The notes under the pieces: generated by a model
The model's database searches: none
Told to the model about the DNA's origin: nothing
The model's input: the letters and a program-made list of their open reading frames with translations, nothing else
Assembly (NCBI GenBank): GCA_001805005.1
Contig: MHDO01000021.1
Coordinates: 1 to 43,082, forward strand
DNA: 43,082 nucleotides
DNA from: Nitrospinae bacterium RIFCSPLOWO2_12_39_16
GTDB taxonomy: Bacteria > Nitrospinota > Nitrospinia > UBA9942
Direction of reading: 5' to 3'
Part shown: piece after piece, positions 13,214-22,129 of the stretch
How the letters are laid out: each line of letters opens with the position of its first letter
Numbering within the stretch: position 1 is the first letter of the stretch
Translations under genes and position numbers: made by a program

Positions 13214-14158
13214 ATGATAGAAGTAGAAAATCTTACAAAAAAATATGGCAATGCGAGGGGAATTAATGATGTCACCTTTACTGTAGAGAAGGGTGAAATC
13301 CTTGGATTTCTTGGTCCGAATGGTGCCGGCAAGACAACCACTATGAGGATTATCACCTGCTTTATGCCTGCAACAAGCGGAAAGGCGAGGGTTGCGGGTT
13401 TTGATGTCTTTGAGGATTCCCTTGAGGTTAGAAAAAGGATAGGGTATCTTCCAGAGAGTGTTCCCCTTTACACTGATATGCAGGTGCCGGTTTATCTTGA
13501 ATTTGTTGGGGGGTTAAAAGGTGTTGACAGGAGGGATATAAAGAGAAGGGTAGCTCAGGTGATGGATGACTGCGGTTTAAATGCAGTGGCAAAGAAATAT
13601 ATTGCTGAACTTTCCAAGGGTTACAGACAGAGGGTTGGGTTGGCACAGGCACTTATAAATGACCCGGAAGTTCTTATCCTTGATGAACCGACTATTGGAC
13701 TTGACCCAAAGCAGATTATAGAGATAAGGAGTCTTATAAAGGGACTTGGCGGCAAAAGGACAGTTATATTAAGCACACATATCCTGCCAGAGGTTAGTAT
13801 GACCTGTCAGAGGGTCATAATAATAAATGAAGGAAGGCTGGTGGCAGTAGATACACCACAAAACCTTACTGCCCAGCTTCAGAAATCACAGCAGTTTATA
13901 GTGAGGATTGACGGTCCGGAACAAGAGGTCCTATCGGAGATTGGAAAAATAAATACTGTATCAAGGGTTGCAGTTAAAGAGAGCGGGGCAGACGGGATTA
14001 ATTCCTATCTGGTGGAATTTAAGAAAGATTCAGATGGCGGTAAAGATATAGCTCCTGTCATTGTCAGAAAAAATTGGGCATTATATGAGATGCGTCCTAT
14101 AGGGATGAGTCTTGAGGATATATTTATTAAGCTTGTAACAGAAGAGAAGATACACTGA
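13214..14158 (+). CDS. ABC transporter ATP-binding protein (ABC-2 / GldA-like)
   Basis: Walker [10 protein letters not shown], signature LSKGYRQRV, Walker B VLILDEPT. The conventional N-terminus [12 protein letters not shown] begins at ATG 13214. The track extension is repeat-encoded. Confidence 0.95.
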   Translation: MIEVENLTKKYGNARGINDVTFTVEKGEILGFLGPNGAGKTTTMRIITCFMPATSGKARVAGFDVFEDSLEVRKRIGYLPESVPLYTDMQVPVYLEFVGGLKGVDRRDIKRRVAQVMDDCGLNAVAKKYIAELSKGYRQRVGLAQALINDPEVLILDEPTIGLDPKQIIEIRSLIKGLGGKRTVILSTHILPEVSMTCQRVIIINEGRLVAVDTPQNLTAQLQKSQQFIVRIDGPEQEVLSEIGKINTVSRVAVKESGADGINSYLVEFKKDSDGGKDIAPVIVRKNWALYEMRPIGMSLEDIFIKLVTEEKIH

Positions 14159-14220
14159 TAACTTGCAACTTACAATCTATAACTTAGTTGTCAGTTGTCA
14201 GTTAATAGTTATTATTAATA

Positions 14221-15000
14221 ATGAAAAATTTTTATCTTATATTTCAAAAAGAACTCAGGTCATATTTTAATTCACCAATCGCCTTTGTCGTTATCACCAT
14301 ATTTCTTATAATCTCAGGGTATTTCTTTTATACTATATTTGCCACATTCAGCACCATCAGTTTCCAGGTAATGACCAATCCCATAATGGCGCAGCAGTAT
14401 AATCAGTTAAATATAACAGAGATGGTTGTCAGGCCGTTCTTTGCCAATATAAGCCTCTTCATGCTCATAATGCTGCCAATGCTTACAATGAGGATATTTT
14501 CTGAAGAGAAGAAGAGTGGAACGATAGAACTCCTGCTGACATACCCTGTAAAAGACTCTGAGGTTATACTTGGTAAATTTGCCGGTTGTATGGGGATATT
14601 TACTATAATGATTCTCCTCACCCTGCCATGTATATTTCTCATAGAATTGTTTGGTGAGCCTGAGATGGGTGTTGTATTAAGCGGCTATGTGGGGCTGTTT
14701 TTAATGGGGGCAGCGTTTATATCACTTGGGATATTTGCCTCATCCGTTACTGAGAACCAGATTGTGGCTGCCGTTGTATCCTTTGGCTTTCTGCTTATAT
14801 TCTTCATGATGGGCTATTCGGCGGGTTTTGCCAGTGAGACCATAGGAGGTATTTTAAAATATCTGTCTTTTACGCCTCACCTCTACAATTTCGCAAAAGG
14901 TGTCCTTGATACAGAGGATATCATGTATTATTTATTATTTACTCTCTTCTGCATCTTCCTGAATATGAGGTCATTGGAGTCAAAGAGATGGAGAGGATGA
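14221..15000 (+). CDS. ABC-2 type transporter permease (GldF-like)
   Basis: 259 aa, six TM helices. EEKKSGTIELLLTYPV motif typical of ABC-2 permeases. Adjacent to the ATPase. Confidence 0.85.
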   Translation: MKNFYLIFQKELRSYFNSPIAFVVITIFLIISGYFFYTIFATFSTISFQVMTNPIMAQQYNQLNITEMVVRPFFANISLFMLIMLPMLTMRIFSEEKKSGTIELLLTYPVKDSEVILGKFAGCMGIFTIMILLTLPCIFLIELFGEPEMGVVLSGYVGLFLMGAAFISLGIFASSVTENQIVAAVVSFGFLLIFFMMGYSAGFASETIGGILKYLSFTPHLYNFAKGVLDTEDIMYYLLFTLFCIFLNMRSLESKRWRG

Positions 15001-15001
15001 T

Positions 15002-16591
15002 ATGAAAACGATTACTTATATACTCGGTATTATCGGTTTAATCCTGATTTTTGCTGGCGGTATTATATATGCCATTCAGTCAACCCTTAGTATAACTGCT
15101 GCTGTTTTCCTCTGGGTGGGGCTTCTGCTCGTCCTCTTCTTTCTTTATGTAAACTTCTCTGATATAAGGAACTTTATCCTCAAGAGGTCAACCCGCTATG
15201 GGGCAAATATGGCGGTGGTCATAGTGATATTTCTGTGTGTGATTGTCCTCCTCGGTTTTATGTCTGTAAACCGCAAGAAAAGGGTTGACCTTACAAAGAC
15301 AGGCAGATATACCCTGTCAGAGCAGACAATAAAGATTTTAAAATCCCTTAAAAAAGATGTGAAGGCAGTGGCATTTTATAGAAGCGAGGAAGAAACCTAT
15401 CATGCCATGCTGAGACAGAACGCTGAGGACCTGCTCCAGGAATATTCATATCATATACCTAAATTTACCTTTAGATTCATAGACCCCGACAGGAACCCCG
15501 GGCTTGCAATGAAATATGGTGTATCTGAATACAGGATAATTCTCCTGATGGCAGGTGGTAAGCAGGAGAAGATAGGATTTGAGAGTGAGGAGAAGCTTAC
15601 AAATGCCCTTATTAAGGTAACAAGGGATGAGGTTAAAACAATATATTTTGTAAAGGGGCATGGGGAAAATGATATCTCAAGTATTCAGAAACTGGGCTAT
15701 AAGGCGGCGAAGGATGCTGTAGAAAAAGAGAATTATCTTGTAAAGGAACTGCTCCTTATGAATGAGGAGAGGGTGCCGGCGGGTGCATCAGTTGTCATTA
15801 TCTCAGGGCCAAAGAGAGATTTTTTACAGGATGAGTTAGACAAACTAAAAAAATATGTAGAAAATGGCGGGAGCCTATTGGCTATGGTTGACCCCGGGCA
15901 TCCGCTTACAATAAAAAACTTCCTTGCAGGATATGGATTTAAGGTGGGCGACGATGTAATCTTTGATACTCAGAGCCGCGTGTATGGTGCTAATGAATTA
16001 ACCCCTGTTGTATATCAATATGACAAAGACCATCCATTGACATCAGAATTTAATCTTGCAACATATTTTTATCTTGTAGGTACTGTTGATATTGAAAAGG
16101 ATAAAAAGAAAGGTCAATATCAGCTTGCCATGACAGGCCCAAACAGCTGGGCTGAAAAGGATTTAAAAAAGTGGAGCGAAACCGGAGAGGCATCTTTTGA
16201 TGAAGGTAAGGAGAAGAGGGGGCCTTTATCCATTGCTGCAGTAACAACTGTTCCTGTAAAGGGTTCATCTGACGCCGGTGTTGACGAGAGTGGAAAGCTC
16301 AAAGAAGGGAGATTTAAATTCGGCAAAATTATAGCTTTTGGTGATTCCGATTTTGCGAATAATACTAATATCAATCTTGCAGGAAATGGAGAGCTTTTTT
16401 TAAACACTATAGGATGGCTTGCCGAAGAGGCCGACCTTATATCCATAAGAAAAAGAGATGCCAAAAACACACCTGTAACCCTCACAGTTGCACAGGGAAG
16501 GGCAATTTTCTGGATACCTGTAATTGTTATACCTTCTCTGGTGCTTATCTCAGGCATTGGTATATACAGCAGAAGAAGATGGATGAGATGA
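15002..16591 (+). CDS. GldG-like ABC-transporter auxiliary protein
   Basis: N-terminal TM pair and a C-terminal TM. IIAFGDSDFANNTNINLAGNGELFLNTIGWL matches the GldG family signature region. Start is 1 nt after the permease stop. Confidence 0.8.
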   Translation: MKTITYILGIIGLILIFAGGIIYAIQSTLSITAAVFLWVGLLLVLFFLYVNFSDIRNFILKRSTRYGANMAVVIVIFLCVIVLLGFMSVNRKKRVDLTKTGRYTLSEQTIKILKSLKKDVKAVAFYRSEEETYHAMLRQNAEDLLQEYSYHIPKFTFRFIDPDRNPGLAMKYGVSEYRIILLMAGGKQEKIGFESEEKLTNALIKVTRDEVKTIYFVKGHGENDISSIQKLGYKAAKDAVEKENYLVKELLLMNEERVPAGASVVIISGPKRDFLQDELDKLKKYVENGGSLLAMVDPGHPLTIKNFLAGYGFKVGDDVIFDTQSRVYGANELTPVVYQYDKDHPLTSEFNLATYFYLVGTVDIEKDKKKGQYQLAMTGPNSWAEKDLKKWSETGEASFDEGKEKRGPLSIAAVTTVPVKGSSDAGVDESGKLKEGRFKFGKIIAFGDSDFANNTNINLAGNGELFLNTIGWLAEEADLISIRKRDAKNTPVTLTVAQGRAIFWIPVIVIPSLVLISGIGIYSRRRWMR

Positions 16592-16596
16592 AAGAG

Positions 16597-16670
16597 TTTC
16601 AAGCTTCAAGTTTCATGTTATAAATCACGATTTTCAAATCTTGCAACTTGCATCTTGCAACCTGCAACTT
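16597..16670. repeat. Heptamer arrays TTTCAAG x3 and CTTGCAA x4
   Basis: 16597-16617 and 16640-16670, between GldG-like and DUF4340-like genes. Confidence 0.8.
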
Positions 16671-16675
16671 TCGTT

Positions 16676-18040
16676 ATGAAATATTTCAAAAAAACATTTC
16701 TCTGGATAATAATCCTTGCAGCCCTTGCGGGGTATTTCTATCTCGATGTGGAGACCACAAAGAAAAAGGAGATAGAAAAAGAAGAGGCAACGAGGCTCCT
16801 TCCATTTAAACCTTCAGAGGTTTTGGAATTGGAATTGAAGAAGGATGGTAACCTAATACTCCTTCAGAGGTGGGAAGATGGATGGCGTATAGAAAAACCT
16901 ATTAAGGCAAAGGCAGACAACAAGGCGGTTGAGAAGGCATTAGACTATATAACCCAGTCAAAGAATGATGCGGAGTATGTGATGGATGAAAATCCGACAC
17001 AGGAGAGGCTTGCTGAATTTGGCCTTATAAATCCTCAGCTGGAGGTTACTTTAAGGGTTGGTAAGACTTTGAAACCCTATACACTTATATTCGGAGAGAG
17101 GGCACCGACAAAGGGAGTTGCATTTGCAATATTAAAGGGAAGCCCGAAGGTCTATAGAGTATTGGCAGATGCGAGGGCAGAGGCAGACCAGAGCTTGTAT
17201 TATTTTAGGGATAAGACAATATTTAGAACCGAACCTAACATGGTGGATAAAGTAGAAATAGTAAAAGATAATAAAAAGATTAAATGTGAACTTCCGATGG
17301 AAGAAAAAGGAAAGTGGGAAATTGTATCACCAGTAAAGGCAAGGGCGGATATGATTAAAATCATAGAAATAGTTTCAAAATTCAAGGATAGTGAAATAAA
17401 GGAGTTCATAGATGAAGAACCTAAGGACCTAAAGGCATACGGGTTGTATCCTGTTAAAACAAAGCTGTCAATTTGGCTAAGCGGAGATGAAACACCTACA
17501 GAGACAATATTTATTGGCGATAGGGATAAAAAAAAGAGGGGTTATTTTGCTAAGCTGGAGAAGAAGGACAATATATTCCTCATAGAAGAGAATATGATTG
17601 ACCTTCTGCCGGATGATGCAGAGGTATTAAGGGAAAGAAGCATACTGTTCTTTGAGGAAGAGAAGGTAAATAAGATAGAGGTAAAATATCCAGACAGAGA
17701 AATGGTTGTTGCAAAGACCCCGGATTTTGAATGGAAGGTAATAAAACCAAGAGAGGCAGATTTTGATTTTAATGTGGTTAAGGACTTTTTACAGAGAATA
17801 GGGGGCTTTAAGATAAAAGAATTTATATCAGAGGGGCATGAAGGATTAAAGACATACGGGCTTGATAGTCCTGCTATAAAACTTCTGATATGGGAAGAGG
17901 GAAATAAGACACCGCATGAGTTAAATATAGGGAGTATAAGCAGTAAAGGAGATGGGATATATGTATGGACAGGTGAGCAGGATACTGTTGTTCTTATAGA
18001 TGAGAAGATAAAGGGGGTGGTAAAAGAGAGTTTTATTTAG
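16676..18040 (+). CDS. DUF4340-like protein (usual partner of ABC-2/GldG systems)
   Basis: N-terminal anchor MKYFKKTFLWIIILAALAGYF and repeated beta-rich modules. The position directly after GldG-like is the usual synteny. The track start at 16655 is repeat-encoded. Confidence 0.65.
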   Translation: MKYFKKTFLWIIILAALAGYFYLDVETTKKKEIEKEEATRLLPFKPSEVLELELKKDGNLILLQRWEDGWRIEKPIKAKADNKAVEKALDYITQSKNDAEYVMDENPTQERLAEFGLINPQLEVTLRVGKTLKPYTLIFGERAPTKGVAFAILKGSPKVYRVLADARAEADQSLYYFRDKTIFRTEPNMVDKVEIVKDNKKIKCELPMEEKGKWEIVSPVKARADMIKIIEIVSKFKDSEIKEFIDEEPKDLKAYGLYPVKTKLSIWLSGDETPTETIFIGDRDKKKRGYFAKLEKKDNIFLIEENMIDLLPDDAEVLRERSILFFEEEKVNKIEVKYPDREMVVAKTPDFEWKVIKPREADFDFNVVKDFLQRIGGFKIKEFISEGHEGLKTYGLDSPAIKLLIWEEGNKTPHELNIGSISSKGDGIYVWTGEQDTVVLIDEKIKGVVKESFI

Positions 18041-18068
18041 TATTTTAAATTTAATTTAAAAATGTATG

Positions 18069-18203
18069 AAACCACAGATGGACACAGATTTACACAGACA
18101 AAAAATCATATAAGGGGAAAGGGGGGGGAATTTTTCTCCCCTATTCTCCAAATCCCCCTTTTCTCCTTAATCTTTTAGTTTCTGTGTTTATCTGTGGCTA
18201 ATA
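18069..18203 (+). repeat. Gene-boundary hairpin element with G8/C5 core
   Basis: AAACCACAGATGGACACAGATTTACACAGAC ... TAAGGGGAAAGGGGGGGG ... TCCCCCTTTTCTCCTTAATCTTTTAGTTTCTGTGTTTATCTGTGGCTAAT. Shares TTCTCCTTAATCTTTT and TCTGTGGCTAAT with 6921-7094. Confidence 0.8.
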
Positions 18204-18252
18204 AATAATTGGGGTTGAAAGTTTCATCAAGGCGAGACTTTAAGGAGCTAAA

Positions 18253-18897
18253 ATGAAAATTAAAAAAGTTTTTAGGGTATTGGCAGTATTTTTTTTGGCA
18301 TTAGTATTTTCAGGAATAAGCAGCATATCATCTGCCGAGGAGGCAGGCATTGGAGAAAAGTTTATAGATGCCCTTGAATCAAATAATGAACCAGAGATGA
18401 AGGCAATAGTAAAGAACAATAAAGATGATATACCCGGAGAGGTGAAGGCATTGGTTGAATATGCAATGGCGGGTGAGGCAGAACCAGACAAAAGGGACTA
18501 TTTTTTAAATATAGCCGGGGTTATGGCAACTATATATGATAAAGAGTTTAAAGATGACAGACTGCAAAAATTTGTTATTGCCAATATAAATTCCATGGAG
18601 AAGAAGGCGGAAAAGAAGACAGAAAAAAAGGCATCTTCTGCTGATAAGATAAAGGAAGAACTTGTTAATCTTGGCAAGGGTGAATGGATAGTAACGAATT
18701 TTAAGGTTGACAATGTAAACGATATAAAGGTAGAGATAGGTTTTAAGGTAAGCGGTGATTCAGCTTCAGCCAAGAATGTCTCTTTTGCAGATAGCAAGAA
18801 GGCAAAGGAGATTATATTGAAATATATACCAAATGCAAAGGGGAGGATTGACTGGATGAGCGGAGGCATGGGTATGAAGGCGGTATTGCTTGAATAA
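18253..18897 (+). CDS. Secreted hypothetical protein
   Basis: Signal peptide MKIKKVFRVLAVFFLALVFSGISSISSA. SD AAGGAG upstream. No recognisable domain. Confidence 0.6.
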   Translation: MKIKKVFRVLAVFFLALVFSGISSISSAEEAGIGEKFIDALESNNEPEMKAIVKNNKDDIPGEVKALVEYAMAGEAEPDKRDYFLNIAGVMATIYDKEFKDDRLQKFVIANINSMEKKAEKKTEKKASSADKIKEELVNLGKGEWIVTNFKVDNVNDIKVEIGFKVSGDSASAKNVSFADSKKAKEIILKYIPNAKGRIDWMSGGMGMKAVLLE

Positions 18898-19276
18898 AAG
18901 TCGTTCAGAAAAAGGTTTTTGCCATACTGTCAGAACTTTATCATTTCCCCTTTTTCTCACCTATGGATTGATATTTCCATTATTATCCTATGCTGGTGAT
19001 GCCATGTTGGGTGAAGAGTTGTTTAAAAAGAAATGTCGGCAATGCCATAAGACAACGGAGCAGGTTTTAATTGGTCCTGGCTTAAAGGATGTAACAAAAC
19101 GGAGAAGTATAGAATGGATTGAGAAATGGCTCATAGACCCTAAAAAGATACTGAATAGCGACGACCCTATAGCACAGGAACTTAAGAAAAATTTTAAGAG
19201 GGATATGCCCAAGATTCCTGAGATGTCCATTGATGAAAACAGGAAAGATATTATTGAATATTTAAAAACCCTGTAA
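18890..19276 (+). CDS. Small class I c-type cytochrome
   Basis: GEELFKKKCRQCHKTTEQVLIGPGLKDV haem site and a distal RDMPKIP Met. Signal-like LSFPLFLTYGLIFPLLSYA. The TTG start overlaps the upstream stop, so the exact start is uncertain. Confidence 0.8.
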   Translation: MNKSRSEKGFCHTVRTLSFPLFLTYGLIFPLLSYAGDAMLGEELFKKKCRQCHKTTEQVLIGPGLKDVTKRRSIEWIEKWLIDPKKILNSDDPIAQELKKNFKRDMPKIPEMSIDENRKDIIEYLKTL

Positions 19277-19278
19277 AA

Positions 19279-19390
19279 CCAGAAGAACAAAGACTTAATG
19301 AAACCACAGATTACACAGATTTTCACAGATTTCTAAAAAAATATTTTGTTTTAATCTGCGGCAATCTGCGAATATATAATTTCCTATACA
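19279..19390 (-). repeat. Gene-boundary hairpin element, inverted orientation
   Basis: The reverse complement reads TGTATAGGAAATTATATA-TTCGCAGATTGCCGCAGATT...ATCTGTGAAAATCTGTGTAATCTGTGGTTTCATTAAGTCTTTGTTCTTCTGG. It is collinear with 13091-13211. Confidence 0.8.
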
Positions 19391-19398
19391 TTCAAATA

Positions 19399-19866
19399 TC
19401 ATTCTGGTTTTGTCATTGAAGGAAGTTGTGTGTCAGGAGAATAATTATCTTTACTTGGCCAGCCGGGGTTTTTTGCTGCAGATACAGTGTGAATTGCAGC
19501 CATCTCTATTTGACGGTACTTGGTCATTAGTTCCAGTCTCTTTGATTTAATATCATTTAAGTTAGCCCCTTCTATTTTTACTTGATAAAGATTGTACCCC
19601 TTGTCGTAACCTATTATCTTTCCATTAATATTCTTAATAATATCATCAATTGTAGATTGATCTGTGCCGCCTGTAAATGTAATCATTATTACATCCTTAA
19701 CAGCCAGAAGTCCTGTCTCCTCATCTTTAATAAGGTCTTGCGGGGATGGCAGTGCAAAACTTTTTACTTCTTTATTAGGGCTTGGTGAATGCGGCTTAAA
19801 AACATAAATAGAAAGGGCGATAATCACCACACCGATGATGCTTGAAATGATGGATATTTTTTTCAT
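19399..19866 (-). CDS. Membrane-anchored hypothetical protein (small alpha/beta domain, propeptide-like)
   Basis: Anchor MKKISIISSIIGVVIIALSIYVF. VIMITFTGGTDQSTIDDIIKNINGKIIGYDKGYNLYQVKIEG resembles a beta-alpha-beta-beta prodomain fold. Weak call. Confidence 0.5.
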   Translation of the reverse strand: MKKISIISSIIGVVIIALSIYVFKPHSPSPNKEVKSFALPSPQDLIKDEETGLLAVKDVIMITFTGGTDQSTIDDIIKNINGKIIGYDKGYNLYQVKIEGANLNDIKSKRLELMTKYRQIEMAAIHTVSAAKNPGWPSKDNYSPDTQLPSMTKPE

Positions 19867-19873
19867 ACATGGT

Positions 19874-19922
19874 GGTTAAGGCCAAGGATAAGATTTATAT
19901 TCTCTTACCCTCAACCTTAACC
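19874..19922. repeat. Heptamer-based inverted repeat
   Basis: GGTTAAGGCCAAGGATAAG versus the reverse complement of CTTACCCTCAACCTTAACC (15/19 match). Confidence 0.65.
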
Positions 19923-19931
19923 TCGGTATAT

Positions 19932-20564
19932 TTATTTATCCTTTGCACATCTAAAACCAATATATTCATGCATATCGTCGGGTATACTCATAAGGGTAGA
20001 GGTTGTCTTATTTAAATCCTCACCCTCAAAATAAGAACCTCCTCTTACGATTCTGTATTGTTTTTTACTCTCCCATGCATCTACCCACTCCCATACATTA
20101 CCCGACATGTCATAAACCCCATAAGGGCTCTTCCCTTTTTCAAATGACCCAACCTTTACAGGTCCGTTCCTTCCTGCCTCGCTTGTGTTTGCCTTTTTAC
20201 CATCTAATTTATCTCCCCACGGATATATCCTTCCATCTGTCCCCCTTGCAGCCTTCTCCCACTCCTCCGCCTTAGGAATCCTCTTCCCTGCACCTTTGCA
20301 GTATTCCTCAGCATCAAAGTAAGAAATCTCAACTACAGGAAAATCCTCTTTTCCTGCAGGAAAAGTATGCTCAGATTTAAATTTCTTGAGCTGGGCATTT
20401 GTTACCTCGTATTTATCAATATAAAAATCACCTACTTCTATCTTTTTCTTATCCTCTCCATATAAAAATTTGCCCCCCGGTATTAGAACCATATCATCAG
20501 CGGCATTTGAGATTGATACAATTGCAAATACTGCAACTGCTACTAAAAAAGAAAAAAACTTCAT
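19932..20564 (-). CDS. FGE-sulfatase fold protein, secreted, Cys-less paralogue 2
   Basis: MVLIPGGKFLYGE, YIDKYEVTNAQLKKF, AGKRIPKAEEWEKAARGTDGRIYPWGD, GNVWEWV, RIVRGGSYFE, GFRCA. Confidence 0.85.
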   Translation of the reverse strand: MKFFSFLVAVAVFAIVSISNAADDMVLIPGGKFLYGEDKKKIEVGDFYIDKYEVTNAQLKKFKSEHTFPAGKEDFPVVEISYFDAEEYCKGAGKRIPKAEEWEKAARGTDGRIYPWGDKLDGKKANTSEAGRNGPVKVGSFEKGKSPYGVYDMSGNVWEWVDAWESKKQYRIVRGGSYFEGEDLNKTTSTLMSIPDDMHEYIGFRCAKDK

Positions 20565-20611
20565 ATATACACCTCCTTAAGTTTAGGGAGTTACGAAATA
20601 CCCGTTTTGTC

Positions 20612-20690
20612 ACCCTGAATTCATTTCAGGGTCTCTGATCCTGAACTTGATTCAGGATGTTATTACGAGATGCTGAAACAAGTTCAGCAT
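20612..20690 (+). repeat. Three consecutive 8-bp-stem hairpins sharing a CTGAA/TTCAG core
   Basis: ACCCTGAA-ttcat-TTCAGGGT (20612-20632), ATCCTGAA-cttga-TTCAGGAT (20638-20658), ATGCTGAA-acaag-TTCAGCAT (20670-20690). All stems are perfect. Confidence 0.8.
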
Positions 20691-20740
20691 GACATTTCAA
20701 CTTTTGGCTATTTCACAACTGCCTATAAGTTTAAATTATG

Positions 20741-20766
20741 TTGACAGTTTAAAATTGTGATATAAT
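20741..20766 (+). promoter_or_regulatory. Candidate extended -10 promoter for the binding-protein / FGE-fold / kinase operon
   Basis: TGATATAAT (20758-20766) is a perfect TGnTATAAT. TTGACA at 20741 is only 14 nt away, so it is probably not the functional -35. Confidence 0.5.
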
Positions 20767-20812
20767 ATCCAAATTAAATTCAGATTTGAGAAATATAACA
20801 CAAGGGGATAAA

Positions 20813-22129
20813 ATGTTGCAAGGAAATTATAAAAAATTTTTAATTTTTTCATTATTTATCGTTTTAATATTATCTGGCTGTAAAAAGGAAGAGGAAAAGA
20901 GTGAGATAGATTTAAAGAGGGAGCAGAGGGAAAGGGAATGGGCTGTATCTGGAGAGAAGGTTGCTACCAAGGATGTAAGTGAGAAGGTATCAGCAGAGGT
21001 TGATTTTGAAAAGAAAAGTGAGGCTCAGATTTCTGCAGAGCCTCTTAGAAAAATGAAGGTAGGTGTACTGGGGGCTGAAACAGGTGAGCTATCTGAATAT
21101 GGTCTAAAAACACTTAAGGGTGCCCAGCTTGCAGTTGATGAGATAAATACTTCAGGCGGTATTAATGGGCAGTCTGTGGAACTTGTTCATTATGATACAG
21201 GCAGCACCATGAATGGAACCCTTAGTGCGGTTGATAATCTTATAGGGGAGGGTGTAGCGGCTATTATCGGCAGCGCTACGAATGAGGTTACATTCGGTGC
21301 AACCAAGATATTGAATGACAAGCAGACTATCCTTGTCTCTGCCGGAACAAGGAGGAGGATAGGGGATTCAGGTCCGTATATGTTCAGGACTACGCTCCCT
21401 GATGATACTGCTGTTGATGAGCTTATTGCTTATTGCATTAGTAAACTTGGCATAAAAAAGTTTGCACTTTTTTCATCAGTGACCAATGATTATTCTATAA
21501 CCCTTACAGCGCTATTCAAGGGGTCAATATTAAACAAAGGAGGTGAAATAGTGGAAGATTGCTTTCTTTGGTCTGAAACTACTGCGAACATCTCCAAAGA
21601 AGACTCAAGCATAGAATCCCAGATTGGAAAGATAAAATCAAAATCTCCTGAAGCAGTTGTTTATACAGGTGACCCGGTGGAAGGAATAAAGATAATCAGA
21701 GAGATGAGAAAACAAGGCATTAAGGTGCCTTTAATAGGAGGAGAGGACCTTTACATTGATAATTTTCTGAAAGAGGGTAAGGATGCTGTTCTTGGAACGA
21801 TAGTTTATTCAGGTTTCTATGGCAATTCTAATTCTCCGCATATTAAAAAATTTGTTGAATCTTACAAGAAAAAGACAGGGGAAAATCCTAACAGGATAGC
21901 AGCTCTGGGTTATGAGGCAGTGATGATAGTGGCTGAAGCATTACAGAAAACAAAATCCATGAGGCCGTCGCATATAAGGGATTCACTGTCAGGTATAAGA
22001 GATTTTAAGGGTATAACAGGTGAGGTAAGTTTTACTGATAAAAGAGAGGTAAAAAAACATGCTTATATCTTTAAGGCTGAAAAGGAAGGGGAAAAGATTA
22101 GGTTTAATTTAATAGGAGGTGAGGGATAA
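20813..22129 (+). CDS. Periplasmic binding protein, LivJ/type-1 PBP family lipoprotein
   Basis: Lipobox LILSGC. KVGVLGAETGELSEYGLKTLKGAQLAVDEINTSGGINGQSVELVHYDT is the branched-chain amino-acid-binding family N-terminus. SD AAGGGG 6 nt before ATG 20813. Confidence 0.85.
   Translation: MLQGNYKKFLIFSLFIVLILSGCKKEEEKSEIDLKREQREREWAVSGEKVATKDVSEKVSAEVDFEKKSEAQISAEPLRKMKVGVLGAETGELSEYGLKTLKGAQLAVDEINTSGGINGQSVELVHYDTGSTMNGTLSAVDNLIGEGVAAIIGSATNEVTFGATKILNDKQTILVSAGTRRRIGDSGPYMFRTTLPDDTAVDELIAYCISKLGIKKFALFSSVTNDYSITLTALFKGSILNKGGEIVEDCFLWSETTANISKEDSSIESQIGKIKSKSPEAVVYTGDPVEGIKIIREMRKQGIKVPLIGGEDLYIDNFLKEGKDAVLGTIVYSGFYGNSNSPHIKKFVESYKKKTGENPNRIAALGYEAVMIVAEALQKTKSMRPSHIRDSLSGIRDFKGITGEVSFTDKREVKKHAYIFKAEKEGEKIRFNLIGGEG

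Noticed and set aside
16597-16670. Heptamer arrays TTTCAAG and CTTGCAA as a hairpin like the other boundary structures.
   Set aside because: When aligned as reverse complements, the mismatched positions are U-C or A-G on either strand. No stable stem forms, so I report them only as tandem arrays.
20741-20746. TTGACA as the -35 box of the binding-protein operon promoter.
   Set aside because: It lies only 14 nt from the TATAAT hexamer, which is too short. The extended -10 TGn motif can act without it.
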